Origin: Octopus vulgaris
Lineage: Eukaryota
Length of the DNA stretch: 64,000 nt
Assembly: GCA_951406725.2 (NCBI GenBank)
Contig: OX597816.1
Span: forward strand, 76,818,001-76,882,000
Direction of reading: 5' to 3'
Below the pieces are notes generated by a model. That model had not been told where the DNA came from and ran no database searches. It was given only the letters and a program-made list of their open reading frames with translations. Every line of letters begins with the position of its first letter. The stretch's first letter is position 1. Shown piece by piece: positions 1 to 12,680 of the stretch. Made by a program: the position numbers and the translations under genes.

Positions 1-149
1 ATATAATTTAGATAACAGCCATGTCAAACGATTGTAAGTTCATTCATGGAATATCATACTGAATAATCACTTCTAAAATTGGATACACAAAAATCAATAT
101 TCAAAGTAATCAAACAAATAAACAATGAAATGTGATATTTCCCCTGAGA

Positions 150-408
150 GTTTAAGAAAATATTGTGCATTTGCTATGGGTTATTTCCCTTGGGTGTTTA
201 AAAAATTAGTTATATGAGGCAGATATAAAGATCCCTTCCAGGGGCTGTATTATCGATTTTTTTTCAACAATCTAAGTATGTTACGAACTTTCCAGACATG
301 AGTTCCACTCACATGTCAAGTTTCATCAAAATCAATAAAACGATGTGGGAGGAGTTAGCTAACAACGTCACAAACAAATATACAACGATTTTCCACATAT
401 GTAATAGA
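150..408 (-). mobile_element. Non-autonomous Helitron-like element, 5' part (left boundary uncertain)
   Basis: Minus strand begins A|TCTATTACAT at 408. Shares internal motifs (aagtttcatcaRaatc, atcgaYttttt, gaacttt) with the complete Helitron at 14770-15154. Confidence 0.5.
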
Positions 409-614
409 TATATACCTTGTATATTTTAATTGATAAGTATCCATTTATACTTCGCAAATGTGGCATGCTTATATGCAAGCATCTTTATGCTTACTCCTGC
501 CTAGAATTTATTACTTTACCAATTGGATGTGAAAATCCCGTGAAATTCTTCCAATTATAGGTCACATCTATAGATTCCAATTCTGCAGTAATTCCTTATA
601 TATTACTTACACAT

Positions 615-889
<275 letters not shown>

Positions 890-1053
890 TTTATGAATCT
901 GTGTCCCAAAATTCCGGATGTGAAACTGTGTTGAAACAGATATAGTTGCATTTCAAGATAGTCTTCTTTTTGTTTGTGCCAAAAAAACACACGCACTATA
1001 TATTCGTTCTTCACTCGTTTATAACTGTTCTTATTTTAACTCATGTCCATGAA

Positions 1054-1220
1054 ATATTTCGTCACACATCTGTGATCTCGTCAGTAACACTTTCCGTCAT
1101 CGTTTGTGCTCTTGATCGCTTATTTCGCCTTTGAAAATAGAATAAGCGGCGCAAGAGCACACACGTAGACGGAAAGTATCAATGAAGCGGTCAAAGATGT
1201 GTGACGGGCATCCCGAAATA
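1054..1220. mobile_element. Palindromic hairpin element (MITE-like)
   Basis: Arm cgtcacacatctgtgatc...actttccgtcatcgtttgtgctcttg..cgcttatt pairs with aataagcg..caagagcacacacgtagacggaaagt...ggtcaaagatgtgtgacg. Confidence 0.65.
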
Positions 1221-1272
1221 CAACAATATATATATACACACACTTGTATATCTACATATACATATATATATA

Positions 1273-1310
<38 letters not shown>

Positions 1311-1312
<2 letters not shown>

Positions 1313-1529
1313 CATGTAATGTTCGTAGCCACTTCAACATGGCTGTCCATTCCAACGGATTTTACACTTATTTTTAATCCCCAGAGGACATCTCCCCTAG
1401 TTTGAAATATATCTATGCAGCTGTGCATCGTCAACCCACTAGGAAAGATGCCTTCATGGGGTTAAAATTTCGAAGTAAAGTCCGTTTGAACGGACAACAA
1501 TTTTGAAATGGCTACGAACACTACTTGTT
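1311..1529. mobile_element. MITE, imperfect full-length palindrome, probable TA target site (Tc1/mariner-type)
   Basis: TIRs acatgtaatgttcgtagccacttcaa / ttgaaatggctacgaacactacttgt. Internal arms also pair (ctgtccattccaacgga...catctcccctagt vs actaggaaagatg...tccgtttgaacggacaa). TA at both ends. Confidence 0.75.
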
Positions 1530-1807
1530 AGAACTATTACTGCGTTGATCTCTTAGAGAGATTTTAGAACTAGCATTTTGCCACGGTGATAGCCATAAGC
1601 TATAGGCTTATATAAAAAAAACATTATTATTATTTACGTGATTGTAAAAACGGCACCGTATATAAAAACGATTCGTACCGATATATATATATATATATAT
1701 ATACATACATGTGTGCACGTGCGTGTGTGTGTGAATGTGTGTACATGAGTGTGTAAACCAGCATTTCTATACATACAAATATAATAGAATTATCTATTTC
1801 TCCAAAG

Positions 1808-1911
1808 GTTCAGGAATAATGGACAGACCTAATCGATTATCGAACCTTAGTGAGATCCCATCAGAGATTTTGTTAATCATTGTCACTCTACTATTGATAT
1901 CATTTCACTAA
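1808..1911 (+). CDS. Possible coding exon (either a 42-nt internal exon 1808-1849 or a terminal exon ending in a hydrophobic tail)
   Basis: Acceptor tctatttctccaaAG at 1807. Phase-1 frame open to TAA 1909-1911: (G)SGIMDRPNRLSNLSEIPSEILLIIVTLLLISFH*. Internal donor TTA|GTGAGA at 1850. No homology recognised. Confidence 0.25.
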
Positions 1912-1978
1912 TAATATCATCGAACGCTCATTTGTAGAATTGCTAAATTATATCACATAAGAAACGAACAAAACATAG

Positions 1979-2340
1979 AAGCGCTGGCATGGCCGTGTGG
2001 TAAGAAGCTTGCTTCCCAACCACATGATTCCAAGTTCAGTCCCACTGTGTGGCACCTAGGGAAAATGCCTTCTACTATAGTGTCGGACCGACAAAAGCCT
2101 TGTTGATTCATAGAAGCCCGTCGTGTATGTGTGTGTCGTTGTATCTCTGTTTGTTCCGCTTGACAACTGGTGTTGGTGTGTTTGTTTCCCTGTAACTTAG
2201 CAGTTCGGCCAAAGTGACCGACAGAATAAGTACCCGGCTTAAAAGAAATAAGTAATGAGGTCAATTCATTCGACTAAAAATTCAATGCGGTGCCCCAGCA
2301 TGGCCGCCGTCTATGATTGAAACAAATAAAAAATACAAGA
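1979..2340 (+). mobile_element. tRNA-derived SINE, family A
   Basis: Head gcgctggcatggccgtgtggtaag...gttcagtccc; body and tail (gcggtgccccagcatggccgc...attgaaacaa) match the copy at 28424-28870. Confidence 0.9.
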
Positions 2341-2500
2341 TATGGACATCACTCGCTTGATATTAAACAGGTGGATTTTTCTTTGTTCAATTTCTTTTTT
2401 TTTTTTTTTGTAGAATAGGAAAAACATATTTTTTAAAATCATTTTCGTAATTAACTAATATATTCTCTACTTTTTCATTTCGTTCTTTGTTTTCGAACAG

Positions 2501-2730
2501 AAGATCGCACATCGGGGAATTACTGGGAAAGAACCAATTCCAATTACAGGCAATTTGAAATCATGCGAATGCGTCCAATGACCAAGTGCTCTTCATCGCA
2601 GACACCGGCTAATAACGGCATCAAGGTAGAAGAATATATTCCAAAAGATATGAAATTAGAAAAGTTGAAATCGGAACAGGACTCTGCACATTCTCAGGTG
2701 GAAGTGACACAGACAGAAGATTTTGTCTAA
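2501..2730 (+). CDS. Probable terminal coding exon of an unidentified host gene (C-terminal about 76 aa)
   Basis: Long polypyrimidine tract and cAG acceptor at 2498-2500. Phase-1 frame open for 75 codons in unique, non-repetitive sequence: EDRTSGNYWERTNSNYRQFEIMRMRPMTKCSSSQTPANNGIKVEEYIPKDMKLEKLKSEQDSAHSQVEVTQTEDFV*, TAA at 2728-2730. Confidence 0.55.
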
Positions 2731-3082
2731 GCAGAAGAACCAAATTCATCATTACTCCGAAAAACAGTTCACTAATTTGAAAAAAGATGTTAATTGACAT
2801 TGTTACAGGAGATGCATAGCATTTCATGGAGAAGATGGAGTGTGGGACGTTGTTAAGTAACTATCCGTTTGCAGAACGTTGAAGTAAAACAAAAAAAAAA
2901 CAAATACAAAGAAATGAAATTCAATATGAGGTTTTACCATTAATATTGTTAATTTTTTGGCTATTGTTTTGTTGTTATTGTTGTTGTCAGAGCTTCGAGT
3001 TTAATTTTGGGTCAATTTATTTTTATATCATTATGCTTATGCCAGTTGCGCAGATCATAGATTTATACACACGGACTATATA

Positions 3083-3800
<718 letters not shown>

Positions 3801-4446
3801 TAATTCTCCGTCATCAGCCGATACCAAAAAGAGTCACTTACGAAAGAAAATTGACATTTTACATATTATAAATCCGTAAAGCAGAACTGGATGAACAGCC
3901 GAAATGTCTACAATTCGAATACATCCTTTCTATATGTAAAACTATTATAACACTACTAGGAATAGACGTTTTCAGTTGAAGTAAAGGACGGACGCATTAC
4001 ATTGATTATACGCTTATACGCAAATATATTTCGCAAATAAAATCAAAATGAGGTAAGAGGAAGAAAAAATGTTGAGAACGACAATAATAATTATAATAGG
4101 CTGGCCTAAGTCAGAAGACCTACAAAATAAAAACAACTTACATGCGTAAACATATGAGTCCGTGTAAATGTGTGTATGTATGTGTGTGGTGTGTGTGTGT
4201 GTGTATGTGTATGTGTGTATGTGTGTGTGTGTGTAAATAAATTTTCTTAAAAATTACATAAGGTTTTCTATCTTTTCGCTATACCTTTACGCACTTTGAA
4301 AAAAACCTTATTCTCCTGAGAATATATATATATATATACAAACACACGCATACATACACAAACATGCACACTCATATTAATGTACAAACATATGTGTGTT
4401 TTTCATTTAACATATATAATTTATTTTCTAGGGTATTATTGCTTTC

Positions 4447-4503
<57 letters not shown>

Positions 4504-4967
4504 TGTGTGCGCGTGTGTGTATTTGTTTGTGTGTGTGTAGAGTGAATTAGGTCATATAACCCTGTGTTATTCCATTAAGTACCTCCACATATATCAGCAA
4601 TCAGAGAATTGAATAGTTGAGAACATTTTCACTCTACCACCGAAATTATCTAATAACCCACAAATATCCATACAATATTGATAATGACAAATATCAAACA
4701 ATGGATTTTGCAAGTTATTATAATTCTATATTCAAAATCAATATAATCAATCTTGCGCAAGTAGCAACGTTTCCGGTAACGATTAATTGAATTTCATTAT
4801 CTACATAGGATGTCTGTTATAGCAGATGTTAAACGAGATGCCTCCCAATTCTGTAAAAATTATATTGCTGAATGGTTAAGGAGTGTGATTATATTGTGTA
4901 ATGATGAAACGATTGTAAATTGAGCAGTAAAATAACTTGGTAATTCCATTCTTTGATATTTTTCGTT

Positions 4968-5022
<55 letters not shown>

Positions 5023-5029
5023 CATATAC

Positions 5030-5090
<61 letters not shown>

Positions 5091-5094
5091 TATT

Positions 5095-5913
5095 TGAGTA
5101 GTTGAATGAATTATCTTATTAAGGATAATTCGAAAGATAACCGATACCTGGGTAGCAAATTCAGATCAGAAAGAACACGGTTGAAGCTACGTCCCTAGGG
5201 CATAGACTACGTGTCTTCATGCGGAAATTTGTATGTTTATTTTAAAATTATAAGTATATGAAAGCATTCACCCCAATAGTCAAAAAGATTTTCTTATATT
5301 CCCAATTACTACTATCCATTCTTGCGTTGCCTCTCACCTCGCCCGATTCTTTCTCCCTTTCGCTATCTACTTTCCTTTCTCTACAGTAAACGTAATCGAA
5401 CACACAGACACAGACCTCTCACCTCACAGCTGTCAGTTTTCTGACATCTACCCATCCACAAACACAATCACGCATTCAGACACACACATACACACATTAA
5501 GACAGTTATATACAGTCACACACACAGGCACTCATTCATAAAAGAAATCATTTAAACCCACCATTCTTTTGACCTGCACTCTCTCACCTTACTATTCTTA
5601 TGCCTCCCTCCTCCTACTTCGTTTGAACCCTTGAACCTTTAGAACCTTCTAGATTCTTCTACATTCAGCCACTCTGACGTCACTCCTTATAAAGCGACAC
5701 TCATTATCGCCATGGGCTCCTTGAGAGCGGTCAGCTAAAAGTTTTTGTGCATTTTGATGTCGACATAAGTTCCTTGATTTTCCTGATGAGAAATCTGCAT
5801 AATGTATTCCTTATTCCTTCGGAATTAGGAATATGCAGCCTTCGAAACATATGTCGAGAATAAAGGATATTTGTTAACTAGTCGTTCAACTCCATTCTTT
5901 CATATACTTATAA

Positions 5914-5919
<6 letters not shown>
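5095..5919 (+). mobile_element. Penelope-like (PLE) pseudo-LTR element with an inverted 5' segment
   Basis: Body about 5275-5919 ends ctttcatatacttataattttaa; its reverse complement is at about 5243-5265, extended leftward by a tail (5095-5240) that is the reverse complement of 38945-39077. Carries an HHR; both ends abut (TA)n. Homologous to 38300-39077. Confidence 0.75.
5778..5860 (+). ncRNA. Type I hammerhead ribozyme, intact core
   Basis: Stem I ttttc/gagaa; CTGATGA 5783-5789; long stem II (ctgcata/tatgcag, ttcct/aggaa, attcc/ggaat); GAAAC 5844-5848; palindromic stem III ACATATGT; GTC 5853-5855. Confidence 0.85.
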
Positions 5920-5998
<79 letters not shown>

Positions 5999-6053
5999 AG
6001 TGAATTGAAGAAATGGAGTTGAACGAAGATTGAACAGAAATCGTTTTATTGCA

Positions 6054-6133
6054 TTCTACACGTGTTTCGAAAGCCACAATTTACCAAATTCCGATTGAAT
6101 AAGGAGACCATATTGTGTCTTTCTCTTCAGGAA
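6054..6133 (-). ncRNA. Type I hammerhead ribozyme, intact core, in a PLE-like pLTR fragment (about 5995-6200)
   Basis: Minus strand: ttc CTGAAGA gaaag.cacaat ... attgtg.ctttc GAAAC ACGT GTA gaa. Confidence 0.8.
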
Positions 6134-6780
6134 GAAATAGGAAATCCGTTGGCAAAAACAAAAACAGAACAGAGGCGCAGCAAAACAAATCGAACGAGGC
6201 TCCTAAGTGTATATATATATACACTTACATATACCTACATATACCTATTTATATGGGCAGATATATTGTATATATATATACAGAGTCATACGTGTATTCT
6301 CAGGATAGACTATTATGTTTACTAGGGCCACACGTGCTTAAAGATGTATGCTTTTGTTTCTCCATCGTCAGCGAATAACAGAAAAATTAATATGAGGAAT
6401 CTAATTTTAAACTTTCGATAAAAACATAAAGCGGTAGCCTAAAAATTTGCAAACAGCCGAATTACCTATAATTCAAGAATATTCTCTCAGCACTTCCTAT
6501 ATTTACAATCAATATCCCATTACTGTAGATGCTGATAATAAATATAAAATTACACACGCGCGCCCGCTCTATGTGTCTATCTATCTATTTAACTATATAT
6601 ATATATATAGCACTCTGTATCTCTTTTTCATAGACTTAATCACACATATCACGATAAAAAATAATGAAAATATTTGTTTTTATATAAAGATGTAATAGAT
6701 TGTTCTAAGTAGATCAGTATATTCAGGTTCACAGCGATAATGTAATAATATATAAATGTGGACAAGTGATAATTCACTGG

Positions 6781-6810
6781 GATAGATAGATAGATAGATA
6801 GATAGATAGA

Positions 6811-6877
<67 letters not shown>
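6781..6877. repeat. (GATA)n microsatellite, left flank of the Tx1 element
   Basis: Directly visible. Confidence 0.98.
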
Positions 6878-8271
6878 TGTTTCTTTATTAGCCACACAGG
6901 GCTGCACACAGATAGAACAAATTACAAGGTAGAGCTTTTCTTTTGAAGGTAAAAAAAGGGGGGTCGATCAAAAGGGATCGTATAAGGAGAGAAAGAGGAC
7001 AAAAAAAGGGGGGTAAAAAAAAGGGGGAGAGGAAAAAAAATTTGATCAATAGGGATCGTTATCACAGAAATGTCAATATGAAGTGTAAAGGGGAGGACAG
7101 GTGAGGTTTACCCGTGGAAAGAAAAGCCTACGGAAAAGACCACGGTAACCTCGGTCAATGAAGTCACATGTTATATTACTTTTTTTTTTTTTTTTTTTGC
7201 AAATAAGCAACTCTCTGTATTAATTTTTACGGTTCATAGAATCATAGTCAAGGTGGCTTCGTCATTCATACGTGCCATCCTTGCTACATTCACCCATCTT
7301 TTTTTAAAACATTCACTAGACAAAACTTGCCTCTCTCTACTCACTTTTTTCTTCAAGTGATACTTGAAGAAGTTGATGAGAGATTGACCAGAGAGGAAAG
7401 TGTTTGTCTCTAATCCTTTCAGACGCGTCCACCAGATACATTCTTTCGCCATAGCCACAAGTATGATAAAAATAGCTCTTCCTTCCCGTTTGAAGGAAGG
7501 AGGCGTGACGATATTAACGATAGACTCGGCTGATAAACCGACACGTTCCACACGTGACAGCAGTCGTTCGACATAAGCCCACAGGTGGGAAATTGCTGGA
7601 CACTGCACGATTGCGTGCAGAGCGGTTTCGTCGCTCTGCCCGCATCTCGGGCAGGTCGGCCCCGTGTTTCTCGAGCCATGCCTATAGAGCTTATCCCGAA
7701 CGGGTAGCGCTTCTTGGTAGCACCGCCAGGCCAGGGATCTCTGGAAGTTGTCCATATGTCCCGGGCCGAAAGTCGTTTGAAACAGGCGGGTCAGGTATTC
7801 CTCGTCGACGCCCAGGTTTGCCCCGAGCTCGTCGTCGTACCTCCCCTCCACTAATCCCCTATAGAATGCTTTGGTTGTGTTGAAGTCACTCAAGGTCGAC
7901 CCGGGACGGCAGAGTTGCTTGAGAGCAACGCGACACTCGCGGTGCCATTCGCCCTTCCTCGGCCTCTTTTTGATCCACGACTGTAGTTCGGTCATGGAGA
8001 CGAGTTGCGGGAATGCGTGCCTCACAAACGGCGACCACACCTGTTCACTGTCGTCTACATAGAGCCGGAGATGTCGCAGTCTCAGCGCGTGTCTGCGCAT
8101 CATCAACCACGGCATGCCCAGTCGTCCTTTTAACGGGTGTTGACAGCAAATGGATCGCCTGACCATCGGGACGCATCCTTTCCACAAGAAGCGGAAGAGG
8201 ATGCGTTCTAGTTTGGTGATGGTAGGGTCGGGACAAGGTACGACGGTCAGGCGGTAGTAGATGATGGACGC
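6878..8271 (-). mobile_element. 5'-truncated L1/Tx1-clade non-LTR retrotransposon
   Basis: ORF2 C-terminus, pyrimidine-rich 3' UTR, AATAAA at 6889-6884 running straight into (TATC)n. GC/CpG-rich relative to the flanks, so probably young. Confidence 0.9.
7234..8271 (-). CDS. Tx1/L1 ORF2 C-terminal fragment (post-RT region and zf-RVT CCHC zinc finger), uninterrupted frame with no native start
   Basis: Frame extends upstream of the tracked ORF (ASIIYYRLTVVPCP...ERILFRFLWKG). Motifs W..Y.EALPVRDKL, CPRCGQSDETALHAIVQC and KECIWWTR are typical of L1/Tx1 ORF2. Confidence 0.88.
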   Translation of the reverse strand, partial: ASIIYYRLTVVPCPDPTITKLERILFRFLWKGCVPMVRRSICCQHPLKGRLGMPWLMMRRHALRLRHLRLYVDDSEQVWSPFVRHAFPQLVSMTELQSWIKKRPRKGEWHRECRVALKQLCRPGSTLSDFNTTKAFYRGLVEGRYDDELGANLGVDEEYLTRLFQTTFGPGHMDNFQRSLAWRCYQEALPVRDKLYRHGSRNTGPTCPRCGQSDETALHAIVQCPAISHLWAYVERLLSRVERVGLSAESIVNIVTPPSFKREGRAIFIILVAMAKECIWWTRLKGLETNTFLSGQSLINFFKYHLKKKVSRERQVLSSECFKKRWVNVARMARMNDEATLTMIL

Positions 8272-8357
<86 letters not shown>

Positions 8358-8365
8358 AAAAAGAT

Positions 8366-8396
<31 letters not shown>

Positions 8397-8460
8397 AAAA
8401 GATTAGATAGATAGATAGATAGATAGATATATAGATAGATAGATAGATAGATAGATAGAT
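8272..8460. repeat. (GATA)n microsatellite, right flank of the Tx1 element
   Basis: Directly visible. Confidence 0.98.
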
Positions 8461-10682
8461 CTTCCTGCGTATCTTCGTCATGAATGATTGACAAAAGCAT
8501 GTATATATACACCCAAGATGATATATATCTATGCTTGGAGGCATATATATAAAGTTAATTTCATTGACCCTGTACACACACTCACACATACGCGTGTGTG
8601 CGTGCGTGTATGTGTGTGCATACGTGTATGTGTGTGTGTGTGCTTGCGTACGTGTGTGCGTGCATATCAATTGCCGTAATTTTCGTAGTGTTTTATCATC
8701 TGAACCTACAATCTACTATTATATTATCGTACTGAATATGAAATTATTTTTCTATAGTGAGTTCTTTGCTGAAGCTTTATACACAGATATTCATTATATT
8801 TGGGAGACACATCTCTAATCAATGCGAGAATGTAAGGAATGGAAAAGGTAAATAAAGACTACACATGTTTCATTGCTAAAACTACATTTGTAAAATAAAT
8901 TGTAAAACACATAAAACCTGCTAGCTAATCGTCAGGTTCTTATTCTTTCAAGTTAACATTCTCACGTAGAGATGAGTAAATGATTCAGTTTAACCGCAGC
9001 GGAAATGACAAATTGAAAACAAATCAGATGACCAATGAAATTAATTGTCGATAAATAAATCACCCTAAAAGGAAACAAAGTGGTTTGTTTACAGATGTCA
9101 TTTAATCGAAGGAGAAAGATGCTAGGTAGATGGGTAGAGGACGTGGGTAAATTAAAGATAATGACAGGTAAGTGTCTCAGTCGTGTTAGTAAAATTCCTT
9201 CACACTTTGGCGTCGGAGAGATAGTAGGAGGTAAAAAGCCCATAGAGTACGGAGTTGAGCGATAATTCTTGACCGCTTTCTGTATTTATTTTATTTTCCC
9301 TTCAAGTCGTAATTTTATTATTAATATCCGAAAGTGAAACACTCTATATTGAGCATGCACAGAGAACACATTCGAATCTGATTTGACCTTTTTTACGACA
9401 GTTTACGGTACTTTATGCATTTGCTATATGTATAATATTTCTGCTATCGGAGTGTTTCTGCAGCGCATGGAGATTTTATACATTTCTAATCACTAAGCTT
9501 TTAGAACGCTAAAGTAAAAGTTTTAAACGTAGAAAGGACGTATTTGAGTGGTAAATAAAGCGACTATTTCTGACATTTTGCGGCACTACTTACCTATTTT
9601 TCCGGTGCTCATTTTGATGCGAGTCTTCTGCACCTGAAACCGATGGAAGCACCAAAGCACATATTCCTAACTGTTATGCACCTGGGTTCTCTTGTTTCAA
9701 GAATATAACTTTATTTTTTAGTTCTTACTGATTAGGCCAGTTCTGTATGTTATGTTATTGCTCTAATTGTTCTCAACTTAAATTTTATTTATCTTCATAC
9801 AACACACTACTAAAGATTTAATCAAAAGAATATCTTTGTTATATTTATAGGGTATATCAACAACCAATATGTGGAAATGTCTGTGTGCATCTGCATGCAT
9901 GTATTTACATGCTCGTATGTATGTGTGTTTCTGGGTATGTAAGCAACTGTATATATTTATGTATTATTCATATGCTTGCTCCAATTATATCTCAAAACAA
10001 AATATTTCTTTATTTCTTTTAAATTTGCCAATTTTGTAAGTTTTGAATCATATACAAAGACATTGAGACTGTCAAAATATGTTTATATCATTGTCTTATG
10101 AAAGAGAAAACGTCACTACAGATAAACGCAATCATAAATAAAAAAAAGGAAGAAACAAATATATATATAAATCAGGTACATTCATAACAGCAATCCGAGT
10201 GGGAAGGACAGAAAAAACAATCACAGTATCATTAGTAATTGTGAATTTTCCGTTTCAGCTGCTTCATTATTATCATTAAAACTGTGTAAAAACTTTTTGA
10301 AGCCTCATTTTGTTTATCGCCTACTTTAACAATACAGGCCATTGCTAACTGATATGTTGCTATGAAACTTTATATCCTTAGTTCAAAACGTACTTGAGTT
10401 CACTTTCCTTTCTGTTTTTTCTCTGTTTTCAGTGTTGATATAATTCCGTAGGCAAAATATAAATAAAACATTACAAGCTCTCCGCACATGTAAATGTAAA
10501 TATAAACCAGTCATATACTGTAACCAATTAAAAGTTTTACTACATTCCTCAAAATGTATACCATTTTGTTTGATCTAGATCAATAATTTAAACTTCTAGC
10601 ATGTTGACTGTGATAACCAGTATGGTGATGACAAATATGTTTTGCAAAGACTGACAAAAAAGAAAACATAACAATAATTATC

Positions 10683-11080
10683 CTTTCTACTGTAGGCACG
10701 AGGCCTGACATCTGGAGGAGGAGTTAGTCGGTTACATCGATCCCTGAGCCAACTGGTACTTATTTCGTCAATCCAGAAAAGATGAAAGGCTAAGATGACC
10801 TTGGCGGAATTTGAGCTCAGAGCGTAAGACATGATGCTAAGCATTTTGTCCGGCATACTAACGATACTTATTTCTTTATTGCACACAAGGGGCTAAACAT
10901 AGAGGGGACAAAGAAGGACAGACAAACGGATTAAGTCGATTACATTGACCCCAGTGCGACCCCGAAAGGATGAAAAGGCAAAATCGACCTTGGCGGAATT
11001 TGAACTCAGAAAGTAACGGCAGACGAAATACGGCTACGCATTTCGCCCGGCGTGCTAACGTTTCTGCCAGCTAGCTGCTT
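10683..11080 (-). mobile_element. Two adjacent SINE family B copies (10683-10865 and 10870-11080)
   Basis: Reverse complement of ggcggcgagctggcagaaacgttagcacgccgggcgaaatgc...gagttcaaattccgccgaggtcgac...catcctttcggggtcg. Confidence 0.88.
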
Positions 11081-11101
11081 TAATAAGAGTTTCAAATTTT
11101 A

Positions 11102-11500
11102 AGGCGGCGAACTGGCAGAAACGTTAGCACGCCGGGCGAAATGCATAGCAGTATTTCGTCGGCCGTTACGTTTTGAGTTCAAATTCCGCCGAGGTGGGCT
11201 TTGCCTTTCATCTTTTCGGGGTCGATTAAATAAGTGTCAGTTACGCACTGGGGTCGATATAATCGACTTAATCGGTTTGTCTGTCCTTGTTTGTCCTGTC
11301 TGTGTTTAGCCCATTGTGCATAGTAAAGAAATAAGTATTTCGTCTGGCTTTGAGCTCTGAGTTCAAATTCCGCCGCGGTCGATTTTGCCTTTCATCCTTT
11401 CGGGGTCGATGAATTAAGCACCAGTTGCGAACTGGTGTCGATCTAATCGACTGGCCCCTACCCAAAAATTTCGGGCCGTGTGCCTAGAGTAGAAAATAAT
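11102..11500 (+). mobile_element. SINE family B, full copy (11102-11340) followed by a 5'-truncated copy with a different tail (11335-11500)
   Basis: A-box-like actggcagaaacg and B-box-like gagttcaaattcc; body repeated; the two tails differ. Confidence 0.9.
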
Positions 11501-11504
11501 AGTT

Positions 11505-12680
11505 TCAAATTTTGGCACAAAGCCAACAATTTGAGGGGTGGTGTTAAGTCCTTTACATCAAACCCCAGTACTCAGTTAGTACTTATTTTATCGCAAAGAC
11601 GGACAACATTCCGCTAAGCATTTTACCTGGCATGCTTACGGTTCTGCCAGTTCGCCAACTTAAATCTATTTTTAATATTACTAGACGGTGAGATGGTAGA
11701 ATCTTTATCGCTTAGCAGCATTACTTCCGTCTTTACGTCATGAATTAAAATAATTACTAGTTGAATACTGGGATCGCTGAAACTGAGTTACCCCCTGCCC
11801 CGAATTTGCTGGCCTTGTGCCAAAATTTGAAACCAATATTGCCAGAATGTTCAAGACCGTGAGCTGGCAGAATCGCTACAGCACCGAGAAAAATGCTTAG
11901 CGGCATTTCTCGACATTACGTTCTGAGTACAAATGACGCCGAGGTCGACTTTGCCCTTCATCCTTTCGAGATCGATAAAATAAGTACCAGTTGAACACTA
12001 GGGACAATAAAATCGACTTAACCCTCTCCGAAATTGCTGGCCTGAAATTTGAAATCAGTATTTTGCATTTTATTTTCTTGGTAATATTTATTTGCTTTCT
12101 GAACTGAATTTCCATTGAGTTCTACACTTTTGCATTCCATAGTCGGTAAAATCACTGTCAGTTAATAACTAGGATCGAGGAAATAATATGAAACGTTCCT
12201 ACCTTCTTCAAACATGTACCATTGTTCTCTTATGAAACCTTATAATTACAGAAAAAAACAGGTTATGGTTATTTAGTTAAATAACACAAAATCATTTTAT
12301 GAATAAAAGTCTCTTCGGGATCGATAAAATAAATACTTGCATAGGGTGTCGATATAATTGCCTATATGCTCTCTGCAAACTGGATACATGATGTACTGAA
12401 AGAGAAAGTAAACAGTTAGACAAAACGGAATGCGGTACTTAGTTATATCCTTTCACAGAATGCATACAAATACTTGTAGGCTGCGTCTAAATACATACGA
12501 ATACTGGAGTCTATTTGATCGAACATATCCTCACTGTAAAATGTGTATACTCCTGTAATTACAATTTTTACTGTTGGCAGAAATGTTATCGCATCGTCGC
12601 TTCTTTTCAGTCTCTTTACGTTCTGAGTTCAATTTCCGCCGTAGTCGACTTCCATTTTCATCCTTTCAGGGATCGGTAAA
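11505..12680. mobile_element. Cluster of further decayed SINE family B copies (about 11510-11660 minus; 11685-11840, 11858-12060 and 12575-12680 plus)
   Basis: Recurring motifs gagctggcagaatc, gttctgagttcaa, catcctttc.gg.tcgataaa, ggccttgtgccaaaatttgaaa. Confidence 0.8.

Noticed and set aside
3805-3980. Additional hammerhead (half-sites tcatcagccga and cagccgaaatgtc)
   Set aside because: The half-motifs are on opposite strands and cannot be assembled into one core.
10683-12680. CRISPR-like or other regularly spaced repeat array
   Set aside because: Repeats are long, diverged, irregularly spaced and in both orientations: SINE copies in a eukaryotic genome.
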